This document shows positions 25,566-37,769 of a DNA stretch of 43,616 nucleotides, piece after piece (within the stretch, counting starts at the first letter, position 1; every line of letters starts with the position of its first letter). The stretch comes from Chiloscyllium plagiosum. Its lineage: Eukaryota. Made by a program: the position numbers and the translations under genes. The stretch is from NCBI RefSeq assembly GCF_004010195.1, contig NC_057755.1:101243-144858 (forward strand). Reading direction: 5' to 3'. The notes below the pieces were generated by a model, which saw only the letters and a program-made list of their open reading frames with translations, did no database searches and was not told where the DNA came from.

Positions 25566-25716
25566 CAGAACCTCAATTCATGTGCACCCATCTCGAATGC
25601 CGGTGTGAAGTGTCTGACATTGTAATCACTTTAATCCAGTACAAGCTGCTCCCTGAATGCTCAATGCCAGAGACCGGCCGTCCCACTGCATTGCATGTAT
25701 TGGAAAAGGCTGATAT
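25505..25716 (+). pseudogene. NLR NACHT exon, Walker B to sensor-1 part
   Basis: IFDDLDEFTDSIDFYDSRTNSEPQFMCTHLECRCEVSDIVITLIQYKLLPECSMPETGRPTALHVLEKAD; cut off by a Penelope fragment. Confidence 0.9.
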
Positions 25717-26857
25717 ATTTCCCTCCCCACCCTTTCCTCCGCTACATCGATGACTGTATCGGCGCTGCCTCGTGCTCCACGAGGAGATTCAACAGTTCAG
25801 CCACTTTACCAACACCTTCCACCCCGACTTCAAATTTACCTGGACCGTCTCAGACTCCTCCCTCCCCTCCCTACGCCTCTCCATTTCTATCTCGAGCGAC
25901 TGAATCAACACAGACATTTATTTTAAACCGACCAACTCCCACAGCTACCTAGACTACACCTTCTCCCACCCTGCCCCGTATAAAAACGTTATCCTATATT
26001 CCCAATTCCTTCTTCTCCACCGCATCTTCTCCCAGGAGGACCAGTTCCAATACCGAACAACCCAGATGGCCTCCTTCTACAAAGACTATAATTTCGCCCC
26101 AGATGTGATCGACGATGATCTCCACCATATCTCCTCCACTTCCCGCTCCTCCGCTCTTGAGACCCGCCCTTCCAGTCGCCAACAGGACAGAACCCACTGG
26201 TCCTCACCTACCACCCCACCAACCTCCATATACATCGTATCATCCATCGTAATTTCCACCATCTCCAAACGGACCCCACCACCAGGGATATATTTCCCTC
26301 CCCTCCCCTATCAGTTTTCCGAAAAGACCACTCCCTCCATGACTCCTTCATCAGGTCCATACCCCCATCAACCCAATCTCCACTCCCGGCACCTTCCCTG
26401 CAACCGCAAAAAATGCAAAACTTGCACCCACACCTCCCCCCCCACTTCAAGGGATCCTTCAATATCCATCAGAAATTCACCTACACCTCCACACACATCA
26501 TTTACTGCATCCGCTCATCTTCCACCGAGGAACCCTCCAACCACAAGGGATGAACTCAGATTTCTCCAGTTTCCTCATTTCCCCTCCCCGACCTTGTCTC
26601 AGTCCCAACCCTCGAACTAAGCACCACCTTCCTAACCTGCAATCTTCTTCCTGACCTCTCCGCCCCCAACCCTACTCTAGCCTATCACCCTCACCTTAAC
26701 CTCCTTCCACTTATCGCATTTCCAATGCCCCTCTCCCAAATCCCTCCTCCCTACCTTTTATCTGAGCCTGCTTGGCACACTTTCCTCATTCCAGAAGAAG
26801 GGCCCATGCCCGAAACGTCAATTCCCCTGCTCCTTGGATGCTGCCTGACTTGCTGCC
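25717..26857 (+). mobile_element. Penelope-like retroelement fragment (RT C-terminal half, internally deleted GIY-YIG, terminal repeat)
   Basis: FLRYIDDCIGA (YxDD), KPTNSHSYLDY, YSQFL, CNRKKCKTC, HIIYCIR, then a jump to GTLQPQGMN-like sequence. The terminal repeat has a mutated hammerhead core (CAGAAGA..GAAACGTC, 26792-26819). Confidence 0.9.
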
Positions 26858-26871
26858 CAAATTTTCAGCCC

Positions 26872-26961
26872 AAATTCTACACAGTCACCAAAGGCTAGAG
26901 TCAAATCCGGTCCCTGATGCTATGAGGCACCAATTCTAACCACTAAGCCACCGTACCACCC
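26872..26961 (-). mobile_element. tRNA-derived SINE 5' head (shark HE1-like)
   Basis: Reverse complement gggtggtacggtggcttagtggttag...cagggaccggatttgactc, with an A box (TGGCTTAGTGG) and a degenerate B box. Confidence 0.75.
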
Positions 26962-27189
26962 AAAGGGAAGTTGTTTTTCAATATCTATCATCTCCCTGGA
27001 TCCAAATAACTTCTGGTCCCATGCCCTCTCTGCAATGATATGATGGCATAAACTGTTGTTTAAGAATTCCCACTGGCAGTGACCTCGCGGTTGCATCAGT
27101 TCATTTGGTGTAAGGTTGATTAATTAAAGACTTTTCTTTAATTTAACTATAATAACCTCTGTTGAACTGTTGCAGGCGCAATTCACTCT

Positions 27190-27705
27190 AACCCAGTCTC
27201 ATTTTAAAAAGGATGCAATGATATTAGAGGTGGTTCAGTGGAGATTTATTACATTAATACTTTGAATGAGGAGCTTATCTTATAAAGGTAGATGGGTGGA
27301 TTTGATTTCCTTCCTCTGGAGTTTAGATGGGTTTGTCAGTGAATTGATCAAAGTGTATAAATTCCTCTTGGTCTTGATGGTGGATGTTAAATGTATGGTG
27401 GTTCTTGTGGGTGAATTCAGAATAAGGGGGTGCTGTTTTAAAATTAGAGGATGCAATTTTTGGAGGGAGATGAGGGGAAGTTTCTTTTGAGAGTTCTGTG
27501 AATTTGGAACTCTCTGTCTCAAAACGTGATGGAGGTGGTCATTGAATATTTCAGTCAAAGTTACATATTTTCCTTTGTCGAACCAAAATCTTAGTTACTG
27601 AGGGTAGATGGGAATGTTGAGTTGAAAACACCAACTGATCAGCCCCAATCATATTCAGTGGTGAAGCAAGCAAAGGGACCAAATGGTCTGTTCCTGCTCC
27701 ATTTG
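27190..27705 (+). mobile_element. Old CR1 3' fragment
   Basis: Degenerate LIKVYK..RGC.FKIRG..F.REMRGSFF..LWNSL, then the 3' UTR gggaccaaatggtctgttcctgctcc. Confidence 0.75.
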
Positions 27706-27844
27706 CACTTTGGTGGTCGGGGGTGGGGCGGTTCGGAGCGGGTAGGTTGCAGGTGGTGGGTGGGTGGAATTAGTGCATTTAATTTTATCTGCGGGCAGAA
27801 ATAATATTACGTGCAGCATTTTTGGTGTCTTCAGCAGCGGCTGC

Positions 27845-27990
27845 GGCTTCTATTTATCTCTCAGCACCACCCCTACAAAACTCCCAACATCCTGATGAAC
27901 AGCTGATACCTGAAACGTCGACTTTCCCGCTCCTCGGATGCTCCCTGGCCTACTGTGCTGTGCCAGTACTACACTTTTCATCTCTGCTCC
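27845..27990 (+). mobile_element. Solo Penelope terminal-repeat remnant with a degenerate hammerhead
   Basis: CTGATGA (27892-27898)...GAAACGTC (27912-27919), followed by ctcctcggatgctccctggcctactgtgctg, homologous to 6950-7000. Confidence 0.75.
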
Positions 27991-28074
27991 GTTTACGCCT
28001 GCCAATATATGAGACCTGGATCTCTGAATGTTTACATCATCATTATTATAAGTAGTAGTGTTAATACTAAAACC

Positions 28075-28345
28075 CAGTTTTCCTCTTTGTTTCTCTTACA
28101 GTCGCAGTCGCTTTGATGCTCTCTTGTGCGCTGCTTTTCTCTGTGATCCTCTGGCTCTCTTGCACACATTCCCTCTCTCTCTGTCTCCGTCTCTGTCTAT
28201 GTCTCTCTCTTTCTCTCTCTCCATCTCTTGCTCTCTTGATGCGCTGCCTCTCTGACTGGCTCTCTAGCGCATTGCCTCCCCCTCTCTCTCTCTGTCTCTG
28301 TGCCTCTTTTGTGTGCATTATGTCTTTCTCTCATGCTCTTTCTGA
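28075..28345. repeat. CT-rich low-complexity tract (intronic)
   Basis: Imperfect (CT)n runs. Confidence 0.85.
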
Positions 28346-28352
28346 TCCCCAG

Positions 28353-28523
28353 TCTCAACAATCACATGCTCACAGATTCTTGTGCCGACGATCTCAGCCC
28401 CATTCCAAGTACAAATCGCTCATTGACTGTTGTGAACCTGAATGATAATAAATTGGGAGATTCAGAAATTAAACTGCTGTCAGGAAGTCTGAGGAATCCA
28501 CACTGTAAAATACAGAAACTGGA
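28353..28523 (+). pseudogene. NLR LRR exon, 171 nt, open frame
   Basis: cccAG| ... |GTaaga; LNNHMLTDSCADDLSPIPSTNRSLTVVNLNDNKLGDSEIKLLSGSLRNPHCKIQKL. Confidence 0.9.
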
Positions 28524-28643
28524 GTAAGAATCAAAACATTTTAAATTGCATTTCGAATAACTAGATGCCCAACTCTATTATTTGCACAAATAAGAATGAA
28601 ACTGGGTATACGCTCTTATTTTTGTTCTCTTTCTGATCCGCAG

Positions 28644-28807
28644 GCTTTGTGACAACAGTCTCTCAGGATCTTCTGCTGAGGATATCGCCTCCATACTCAA
28701 TACAAACTGGAAAAACTAAACCCCGGAAATAATCAAGTCAACCATTCAGGATTGAAAGTACTATCATTGGTTGTGATGAATACTCATTTCAAAATACGGA
28801 AACCGTT
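28644..28807 (+). pseudogene. NLR LRR exon, 164 nt (frameshifted)
   Basis: cgcAG| LCDNSLSGSSAEDIASILNTN ... KIRKP |GTgagt; 7 nt shorter than the 171-nt module. Confidence 0.8.
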
Positions 28808-28908
28808 GTGAGTACCATATGTTTTTAATTAAGGTATATTTGAATAAGTAATGGTCAACGTTGAGGATTTACTCTGATTCTTATTGCTTCTTTCCATTTC
28901 ATCCTAAT

Positions 28909-29064
28909 ACTGTACAAAAATGGTGTGACAAAATCTTGTGTCCGTGTTCTCAGCTCTGGTCTCAATACAAACCAATCTTTAATGGAAGTGAACACGAATG
29001 ATAACAATTTGGGAGATTCAGGGGTGAAGCTGGGGAGCTCAGACTGTAAATTACAAAAACTGCA
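28909..29064 (+). pseudogene. NLR LRR exon, 156 nt, acceptor AG lost
   Basis: LYKNGVTKSCVRVLSSGLNTNQSLMEVNTNDNNLGDSGVKL-GSSDCKLQKL |GTatat; 171 minus 15 nt; the expected AG reads AT at 28907-28908. Confidence 0.8.
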
Positions 29065-29288
29065 GTATATACCTGTCTCTGTGAGATTGTGTTTCTATGA
29101 ATTGATGTCACATTGCACATGGTTACTCCAATCAAGAATTGATTTAAATACACACTTCAGAAAGACACTTTAAATAGACAGTTTTACTAACAAACAATGC
29201 ATTTTATTACTATAATCAGTGTTCGTGGTTTTAATGAACATTGGAGGTTTACTCTGATTGTTTTCATTTCTCTTTCCATTCTGCCCAG

Positions 29289-29456
29289 CTTGTATGACGT
29301 CGGTCTCACTGATTCTTGTGCTCATGAGCTCAACAGTGCTGTCAGTACAAACCCCTCATTGAAAGTTCAGTATCTGGGATCAATTTCCTTCACAGACCAG
29401 TTTGTTAGCCCTGTCACTCAACTCGTGCAGATTTGCACAAATTTGGAGCTGATTGG
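29289..29456 (+). pseudogene. NLR LRR exon, 168 nt
   Basis: cccAG| LYDVGLTDSCAHELNSAVSTNPSLKVQYLGSISFTDQFVSPVTQLVQICTNLELI |GTaagc. Confidence 0.85.
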
Positions 29457-29568
29457 GTAAGCGTCTTCACTTTTCTGGGTTATCTTAGTCAATGATTATT
29501 GAACGATTACCTCCACCTTATTTTTGTCTGTATTTAGTTTGTTTATTTTTCTGTACAATCTATTTCAG

Positions 29569-29650
29569 GCTGTGGTGAATACGATTCAGTCCAAACAGAC
29601 ATCTTAATTCACTGCAGGAATCAAGAGCTCGACTGACAGTTTCATTGGAC
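29569..29650 (+). pseudogene. Probable NLR terminal exon
   Basis: tttcAG| then LW*IRFSPN..., same phase as the LRR exons, with an early TGA. Confidence 0.6.
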
Positions 29651-29719
29651 GGATCTTTCAATTACTCAAGATTACTTTCCTCTTTATATTTGGACAATTC
29701 GCTGTTCTTCACCATCAAA

Positions 29720-30900
29720 GAAAACTGATTTATGTGGATGTCAGTAAGACATTTGACAAGATTCCTTATGGGAGACTGGTTAGCAAGGTTAGACCTCATG
29801 CAATGTAAGGAGAACTAGCCATTTGGATACAGAACGGTGTTGAAGGTAAAAGACAGAATGTGGTAGTGGAGGGTTACTTTTCAGACTGGAAGCCTGTGAA
29901 CAGTGGTGTGCACAAGGACTGTTGCTGGGTCCACTGCTTTTCGTTATATATACAAATGATTTGGTTGTGAACATAAGTGGCATAGTTAGTAAGTTTGCAG
30001 ATGACACCAAATTTGGAAGTGTCATGAACAGCAAAGAAGGTTACCTCATGTTACAACCGGATCTTGATCAGATGAACAAATGTGCTGAAAAGTGGCGGAT
30101 GGAGTTTAATTTAGATAAATGTGAAGTGTTGCATTTTGGAAAAGCAAATCAGACCAGGACTTATACACTTCATGGTAATGATTGGGAAATGTTGTTGAAC
30201 AAAGAGACCTTGCTGTGCAGGTTCGTAGCTACTTGAAAATGGAGTCACAGGCAAAAAGGATAGTGAAGAAGGCAGTTGGTATGCTTTCATTTATTGACAG
30301 ACCATTTTGTATAGGCGTTGGGGGGTAATGTTCTGGCGGTACAGGGCATTGGTTCGGCCATTTTTGAAATTTTGCGTGCAATTTTGGCTTTCTTCCTATC
30401 GGAAGAACGCTGTGAAACTTAAAGAAGTTCAGAAAAGATTTGCAAAGATGTTGCCAGAGATGGGTCATTTCAGCTTTTGGGAAAGGTTGCATACATTGGG
30501 GTTGTTATCGCTGGAGATTCAGAGACTGAGGGGTGACCGCGTCGAGGTTTATAAAATATGAGGGCATTGGTAATGGACAGGCTCTTTTCCCTGCGATGGG
30601 GGTATCCAGAACTCGAGGGCATAGGTTTAGGGCGAGAGTGGAACGCTTCAAAAGGGACCTAAAGGCCATCTTTTGCACACAGTGTAGTGCGTGGATGAAA
30701 TGAGCTAGCCGATGACGTGGTGGAGGCTGGTGCAATGACAATAATTAAAGGGTATCTGGATGGGTACATGAACAGGAAGGGTTTGGAGAGACATGGACCA
30801 AGTGCTGGCAAATGCGACTGGATTAGGTTAGGATATCTGGTTGGCATGGACAAGGTGGACTTAAAAGTCTGTTTCCTGCTGTACATCCTTTTTGATTCTG
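29720..30900 (+). mobile_element. CR1 LINE 3' part, degraded RT
   Basis: YVDVSKTFDKIP, LLGPLLFVIY, SKFADDTK, FNLDKCEVLHFG, LVRPFLKFCVQFW, LRGDRVEVYKI, then a 3' UTR. Confidence 0.93.
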
Positions 30901-33900
30901 CAACTAGATGTGCTCCAGATTGAAATGCTGTTCACCGTTTCCAGGTTTTTAACTCACACACATTGGGGGCGCGCGGTATCATCTCCCATAGTGAGGAGAC
31001 AACACCCGCAGACTCCCAATGGGCGTTTAACAGGATATCAAGGCCACAGTGTTGCAAAATGGGGACAAACGCAGACATGAAGGAGCCAGAGTGAGTCTCA
31101 GGCTGGTCTGCAGTGGACCAGTGACATTTGTAATCAATATTCCATGGTTGAGAGGTCAAATAAGCAGGTGTCCTTGTCAGCACCAGTGCCCACTGACACA
31201 CGTGGACAGTGCGTGGGTTCCGGATGCGGACAGGAGCCGCTGAGCTGGGATAGATATCAGTGTCAAATGAGGACTAGCATTAATTGTCAGCGCTCATCCA
31301 GGGAGAGGATAAGGTTGAGTTAGATCCATGATATTGAGCACATGAGAAATTAAAGATTTTCTGCTTGCTCAAAAGAAGTTGCTGAAGCCATAAAGCCATG
31401 TAATAAACGCTCTGCGTTATTAACGTCTCTGTCATTCATTCACAGCCAGAGTAATTTGTTGACGTTAAGGTTTGTCAAATGAAGCAGTTGATCCGTGAAA
31501 ATCGCTTACTGTTCAAAATGTTGAATGAAGCAGCAGAAAGTATAGGGTGAATCGCGTGCATTTGTTTTCAATTGAGTTTCTGAGCTTTTCTCTCAATGAG
31601 GCCCGGTGAGATTTCTTACCACACCTTATCCAAGCACGCATCATCAACAATTTACATTGTGTCTTTCTCTTGCGTGTTTTCCACCCTTCTGACCATGTAC
31701 TGTTCCTGGAACAGCTCACCACTCACCGCCCAAAGACCAGCATCCCTTGCAGCCACGCTGCCTTTGAAATGCTGCTTCCACTCAGAGAAGAGTCGTTTAT
31801 CTGGCTTTGAGCCTCAGCAGGAACGGACACAAAGACACACTGCTCTTGTTACACAGCCGGCATGGCTGACACTTCCTCGCATGCACAATCCCTAGTCACT
31901 GTGTATACACTAGTCCAGGCAGTTCATACACTAGTCCAGGCAGTTTACCTGTTCTTAACCCCATCCCAGATAACCACCTGCTCCACGTCACTGTTACTTT
32001 GTTCCCAGTGCACAATGGAGACCCACAGTTTCACATTGTGCAGTAGGCGATCATCACAGATGTCAGAGATGACACACATCAGAACATAAAATTTACTTCC
32101 AGCCAACAGAAAGGAATGCAAACATGACAAACGGAGGCAACATTTTGACCCACAATGCAACTCAGGGATCTTCAGGAATCTTCTACTGTCATCTTCAGGA
32201 ATGTCAGTTATACAATGCATGATAGTATGCTGCACACAACGCTTGCCAACTGGAACTGGATGTCAGGCATGTCCTGCCAGGCCCGCAGTGCCTGATACAA
32301 CAAAGCTCCATCATGGACAGGCTGAACTGCACCACTGGTAGACTGCAACGACCTGCTGCAGTTCCTCAGCACCTATCACAACCCTATTTTACAGCTGCAG
32401 AGAACAGCACGTCCGGCTGATCCTGAATATTGGCCCGAGCATATTGGTACCTCCTTTGACCGTTGTCCACCTCTTTTCATGTCATTGGTGCAAAGTTCAG
32501 CATCAGTGAGGTGGCAACGTTCAATTTGAAATGTCTAATTGCGCGGGTGAGATTCTCCTGTGAGCAGCATTCAAGCCCAAAATATTTTTACTCTGTGGAC
32601 ATTGGGGACAGATGTGGAAAGCTGCTTTCCATACTGTCCCCGGAGAAATCATATCATGGATTAAACTGATATAGTCCACTCACCCTGGAGATTTTTCTAG
32701 TTATTTCCAGCTGTGTTTTTCTCTGTATGGAGAACGAGTGAGGACATTTTCGGGACCGAGCTCTGTTTGTCACCATGTAACACCCTCCCGAGTCTCCATG
32801 TGCCCTGTCTTCATTATGTTCCCTTCAGGCCATTTTCGCAGATTAAACTCAATTATATTGGAGACAAACTGCATGTTCAAAGACTGTGGTGATATTCTTT
32901 GAGGCACAGAAACTTCTGACAAATCTCAGTTGGATAGCTGCAGGAAGGATGTTGATCTAAAGCAAGGGGAAGATACTGTCAGAATAAGAAGTAGGCCATT
33001 CCATACTGAGACCAGAGATGAGAAGAGAAGGCCAAAATGCTAATGTAAAGCTGTTTCCTTTGTTGGTTTTGTTGCCTCCTCGACCGAAGGTGGGAGGAAA
33101 GAAGGTTTTCAAACAATCCATAACATTTAAAAAGGAAGTCAATTTGTTCAATTTCACAAATGATTGCAAGTTTTTTTTAAAGAGTTATGCAACTGAAGTC
33201 ACATTATTGTCAACTTTTTAAATCATTTTTTTGTTGGGACATACACTACCCGCGCACCAGGATTTGTTGATTTTTTTTTAATGTTTGAGAAATACTCCTT
33301 TACACACAGGTGAACAAAAATAAAAGTGACAAATTACAAAACAACCGAATAGTTTCATTGTGAAATACAGACATTGGAAGAGAAAGTCGGAAGATGCTGG
33401 TTCAAAGGCTTTACTTTTGTGAGAGAACATGGGAAATGTTGTATGCTTGGACACTGCTGTGTAATAAATAAAGGGAGGTGAGTTTTTTCACAACTCCAAG
33501 TTTGAAAGTGGAACTAAAAGGTATTCACATATTAGTAACACAAAGGCATCTAACTTTTGCAGAAGCTGGATTTTGAGCATCTACTGAGGCAAGCTGACAC
33601 CAAGTGTTTTAACAACTTTTGGGGTTTTAAGTTGCAGTTTGTTGCAAACTTGTTAAACCGTAGTGAAGCACAAATTTCTGAAAACCTTGTAAACAGAGAT
33701 ATTTGACTCAACCTCTAGTGAGTAATGATCAAACATTCGAAAGACTCAAAAACAAGAACTTCTATGTCGAACAATGACCTAGGTCCAACTGACCAGCTAT
33801 GGAATTGATGATCTCCTGTCTCACTGCAGTCAACCGCTACGTCGTATTTCTTGTTGTTTTTGCCGACAATTTGAGGAAGTTACTTCTTTCCTCTTCTGTA

Positions 33901-34479
33901 ATGTGGAGTCTTGATTCGTAGAATGTGCTCATGTTGACTCAGTTTTCCATTCACGATGGTTTGTGTAAAAACAATGATTGTATCTGTCCGATTTGTGTGC
34001 ATAATTCGTGATTAAGGAGGGGACTGCTTAAGTATCATTGTGCTTATTGTTCATCTCTTTATCAATTGTTAAAGTTTGTTTGTCTTAAATCAGTTATTTT
34101 TGATAAAATCTCCTATTCTGCGTCGAGTTGGAAAATTAACCATTTTGTGAGTCATTTGATTGCCTGTATAAAATGCCTTTATAAATGTATATAACGTATG
34201 CAGCATACTTATACATTTTTTAACTGTTCATTGATAGTTGGGACTGAATAGTTTTCACCTGACGAGTTTCTTACGTACAAGAGAGTCAAATCTGATCAGA
34301 AATATAGGAGAAAGTGAATAGTCCGAACAGCTCATATGTACAAATGTACTTCATGATGAGTGCACTCTTGTCTGTTCAACGAGTGGCAAGGTTTGGAGGC
34401 TCTGTGAAACATTTCTGAATGCAGACAATGCGATCTGGATGTGGTTGACTGTAATTCATGAGGAAGCAGAAGAATGGAC

Positions 34480-34990
34480 ACCAGTATTAAAGGCTGTACT
34501 AAAACATCAGATGGCAATCGAAGTAGCTCCAACCATGCTGTCTCCAAGCAGAGACAGGAATTAACATTGAAATATTTAAAATCTTAACCAAAGCTGAACT
34601 ACAACTGCCAAATGATTTAGAGGTGCAAATGTCTGTCAGAGCCAAGAAAACAGAGGGAAATAAGATTTTGTCAAGTCATTTGGAATGTGTGGGATATGAG
34701 AGATCACTCCAATCTGCAAGTGATTGGAATTGTCCATGAAGAAGTTACTTAAAATAGTTTGAGCATGAAGAAGAGATGAAGCAGTGAGAAACAGAATTCC
34801 AAAGAACAGAGAAAAGGGTAAAAGGCGAAGGAAGTTTTGAAATTTTGAAGGAATGAGATAGAAGAAGGATTTGAGAAACTGACTTCAGAGAAGTGGAACG
34901 GAGAAAAATAAAGAAGAGTATCAACATATCTGCAACTGGAATTATCAACGAAAATACGAGAGAGATAGGCACTACGAACGTTAAGGACTG
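34480..34990 (+). mobile_element. Possible very old RTE-clade LINE remnant
   Basis: Only scattered short matches by eye (TSDG, HEEV, EIRRRI-like); no continuous frame. Confidence 0.25.
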
Positions 34991-35269
34991 CAGTTTTAAA
35001 AATAAACATCAGATGTAAAAGAACGCTCAATGGTAAAACCAAAAGCATATCCTAATGTCCAGAAAGGACATTTCCACAGGCCAAATCAAAATGTGAGGCA
35101 AAAGGATGGTGGGCTATATTCTGCCATTTGAAAGCACAGTGAAGCGAACCAAATGGTTGAAGGTGAATTGGACACTGCCCATGTGGCGCAGGTTGGTAGG
35201 TAGAGCACATGAGGTTTGTACCTCACCGTTAGAGGATCTTTATATGCGTTATTATGCAGTAACAAGGGC

Positions 35270-35746
35270 TATTCTGTGTGTATGTGCTTTAGTTTATAAA
35301 TTATGCAGGTAAAATCACTGTTACTTGAGGGAATAGCCTTGCAAAGCGGGATTGAATTTGAAGAGGTTAAAAACAAATTTGACTCTGAGGTATGGACATT
35401 TCAAGTTGCCACCATGTATAAAGATCGAAGTGAAAATATTCAACTTTCCTTCTTTACTGCCTGCTGCTCGTGCACAGTTATCTTCTGTAGCTGGTACATC
35501 GAGACACCCAAGTCCCACTGCACACTCCCATCCCCTAGTTTACACCTATTCATGTTCCTGTTTTTGTTTCCAATGTGAACAAACTTGCATTTACCCAAAT
35601 CATGGTGCATTTGCATTGGTCTGCCCACTCAGCCCCACTGCCCAGATAATGATGCGGGATCCCGACATCTTCAACACAACTCACCCTCCCAGCCAACTTG
35701 CTATCATCTGCAAACTGTGAGATGTTACACTTTGTTCCCTCGTCCA
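35270..35746 (-). mobile_element. Old CR1 RT fragment
   Basis: DEGTKCNISQFADDSKLAG, KCKFVHIGNKN, VQWDLGV, QQAVKK on the minus strand. Confidence 0.85.
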
Positions 35747-37179
35747 ACTACACAAGAGCATGAGACGGAAGATAGTTGACACGCTTCGGTGGGGGCGGGT
35801 TGGGGGCGGGCAGCTGTGAACCAACACTGACCTTCCTCATGTCCTGGAAACAAGGTGGTGACAGAGTATCCAAGCGGAGAATTGCACTGCGTCGGTGGGC
35901 GGGGCTTATTTGATGGACTGCCGGTCTGCTCAATGATGATAAGAAGTCAGGGGGCTAGACGACTATTTGTGGATTCCAGAATGAAGGAGGATTGTCTGAG
36001 AATCAGGGGTAGAGTGACTTCCTTCTGTTTAATGTGATTCATTGGCACCCGTTGGTTGTCTACCCACGCCAATGCAGAGATATATTTCTTGGAGCATTTG
36101 CTCTTGTCTACTGTTCATTTTATTATTTCCAAATTGCACACACGAAAAATAAGTCCAAAAATATTAAATGGAAATAGAGATGTGTATATACGTATGTATG
36201 CTCATGTGTATATGTGCAGGACAAGGTTATTTCATCTCTCTGAGTCTCTATAAAAATGTTACCTCATTTGTTTAAACTGCTAAAAAGTTCGCTCTATTTT
36301 TAGAGCCATTGCAGCTCACCTGCAATATAGAAAAATCAAGTTACTGATCCCTAAGCTAATAGTCACATTGATGTCGAGGTCATGTTCTGAATTGTAACAC
36401 TGAACGGGGAGGGATGGGCATTGGAGGGGGGGTGGCGTGGGACTATTATGTCAGTGCTACAGGTCTAGGAAGTTGCTCAATGCGTAATTCTCGTCATGTG
36501 CCTGGTTCCTCTTGTCATTTGGAGTATCTGAAGATATCCCCCGGTGACAATCAAGATTTGGTTGTGACAGAGACAGAATGTCAGGTTACATGTCAATATC
36601 AGATGGTCAGCTGTTCTGTCAATGATTGACTTGTGGTGCATGTTCCTTCTGACTTGTCTGTTCAAGTCAGGCCGGTGTTCCCTACCCCTTTGTGCAATCC
36701 TTTTCCGATGTCGAACTGTGAAGACATTTCGTTTACTTGTAGAAGGTGTATCCCCATTCTGATAAAACTCAAACTCAGCAAGCTAGCAGACTGCACAGGT
36801 TAATTGTAGTTTCATGAATCTGTACAAAAATCTAGTGTTAATCTGCGGAATGCATTTGTGTTCATTTGGGCAAAAATGTTTCATCATTTTGTACAAAAAC
36901 GGTGTTACTTTGTTTAAATACTTTGTATAAACATGTGATATAAGCTTGTGTTAATTTGGACAAAACGTTGTATTAATCTATGCAGAACACTTACCTTAAT
37001 ATGAGTTGGCAAAATAATGATGTTTCAATTTATACAAAGAGTGGGTGTTTACTCCGACCCTGACACGAGAGTTTTGCACAATTATTTTGCGCAAAAATCC
37101 TGTGTTCATTTGTGGAGTAAACTGGTGATACTTTGTCTTGTGAGTGTGTCTCTGCGGCTGCCCTGGGTGTGAACGTGCA

Positions 37180-37570
37180 GGTGTGTGTGTGTGTGTCTGT
37201 GTGTGTTAGAGAGAGAGAGAGAGACAGAGACAAAGAGAGAGAGATAGCATGTGGAGAAAAAATTGGCACCATCTGGAATGGTGACTTTCATCTCGTTACC
37301 CTTTCTGTGTCTCTCCATCTCTCATCTTTGCCTCTGCCTCTCACTTCCCCTTTCTTCTCTCTTTCCCTCTCTGTGTGTCTCTGTTTTTCTCTCTGTCTGT
37401 CTCTCTGTCTCTTTCTCTCTCTCTGAACCAGTCAGTCTTTCCCTGTACCAGTTTGTCTATTCCTCTCCATCCACCTTTCTGCATGTCTTTTTTTCTCTCT
37501 CTCCGTCAGTCTTCCTCTCTCTCTATCTAACTTTCTTTCTTGCCCTCTCTCTGTTTTTCGCTCTCTGTCC
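37180..37570. repeat. (GT)n(GA)n microsatellites followed by a CT-rich tract
   Basis: Direct reading. Confidence 0.9.
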
Positions 37571-37769
37571 CACAACTTTGCACAACCCCAGGCTCGTTGG
37601 GATGAATGGCATCCTCCTGCTCACAGTTTTTTTGTTCCCATATGTGTCAATCCGTCAGTCGTTGAGAGATAACAGCGTGGTGAATAGTGACCCATCCTTT
37701 TACCACCGTCCCCATCCACCACTGGGTGCTATACTCAAATCCTTGTGATTGTGCTAATGGAACCCTGAG

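Larger units (their letters stand above)
24603..29650 (+). pseudogene. NLR-family (NACHT + ribonuclease-inhibitor-type LRR; NLRP3/NLRC3-like) pseudogene, rearranged
   Basis: A NACHT exon remnant plus five downstream LRR/terminal exons, with in-frame stops, frameshifts, an inversion, and loss of the 3' half of the NACHT exon. Confidence 0.9.

Noticed and set aside
26872..26961. tRNA gene
   Set aside because: The B box is degenerate, no cloverleaf closes, and the sequence continues as a SINE body.
33360..34170. Possible solo LTR
   Set aside because: Only a general compositional impression; no TG...CA ends with a TSD, PBS or PPT could be fixed.
37251..37748. Hydrophobic Leu/Ser/Phe-rich ORF resembling a membrane protein (also 28058-28445)
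   Set aside because: Translation of CT-rich low-complexity DNA.
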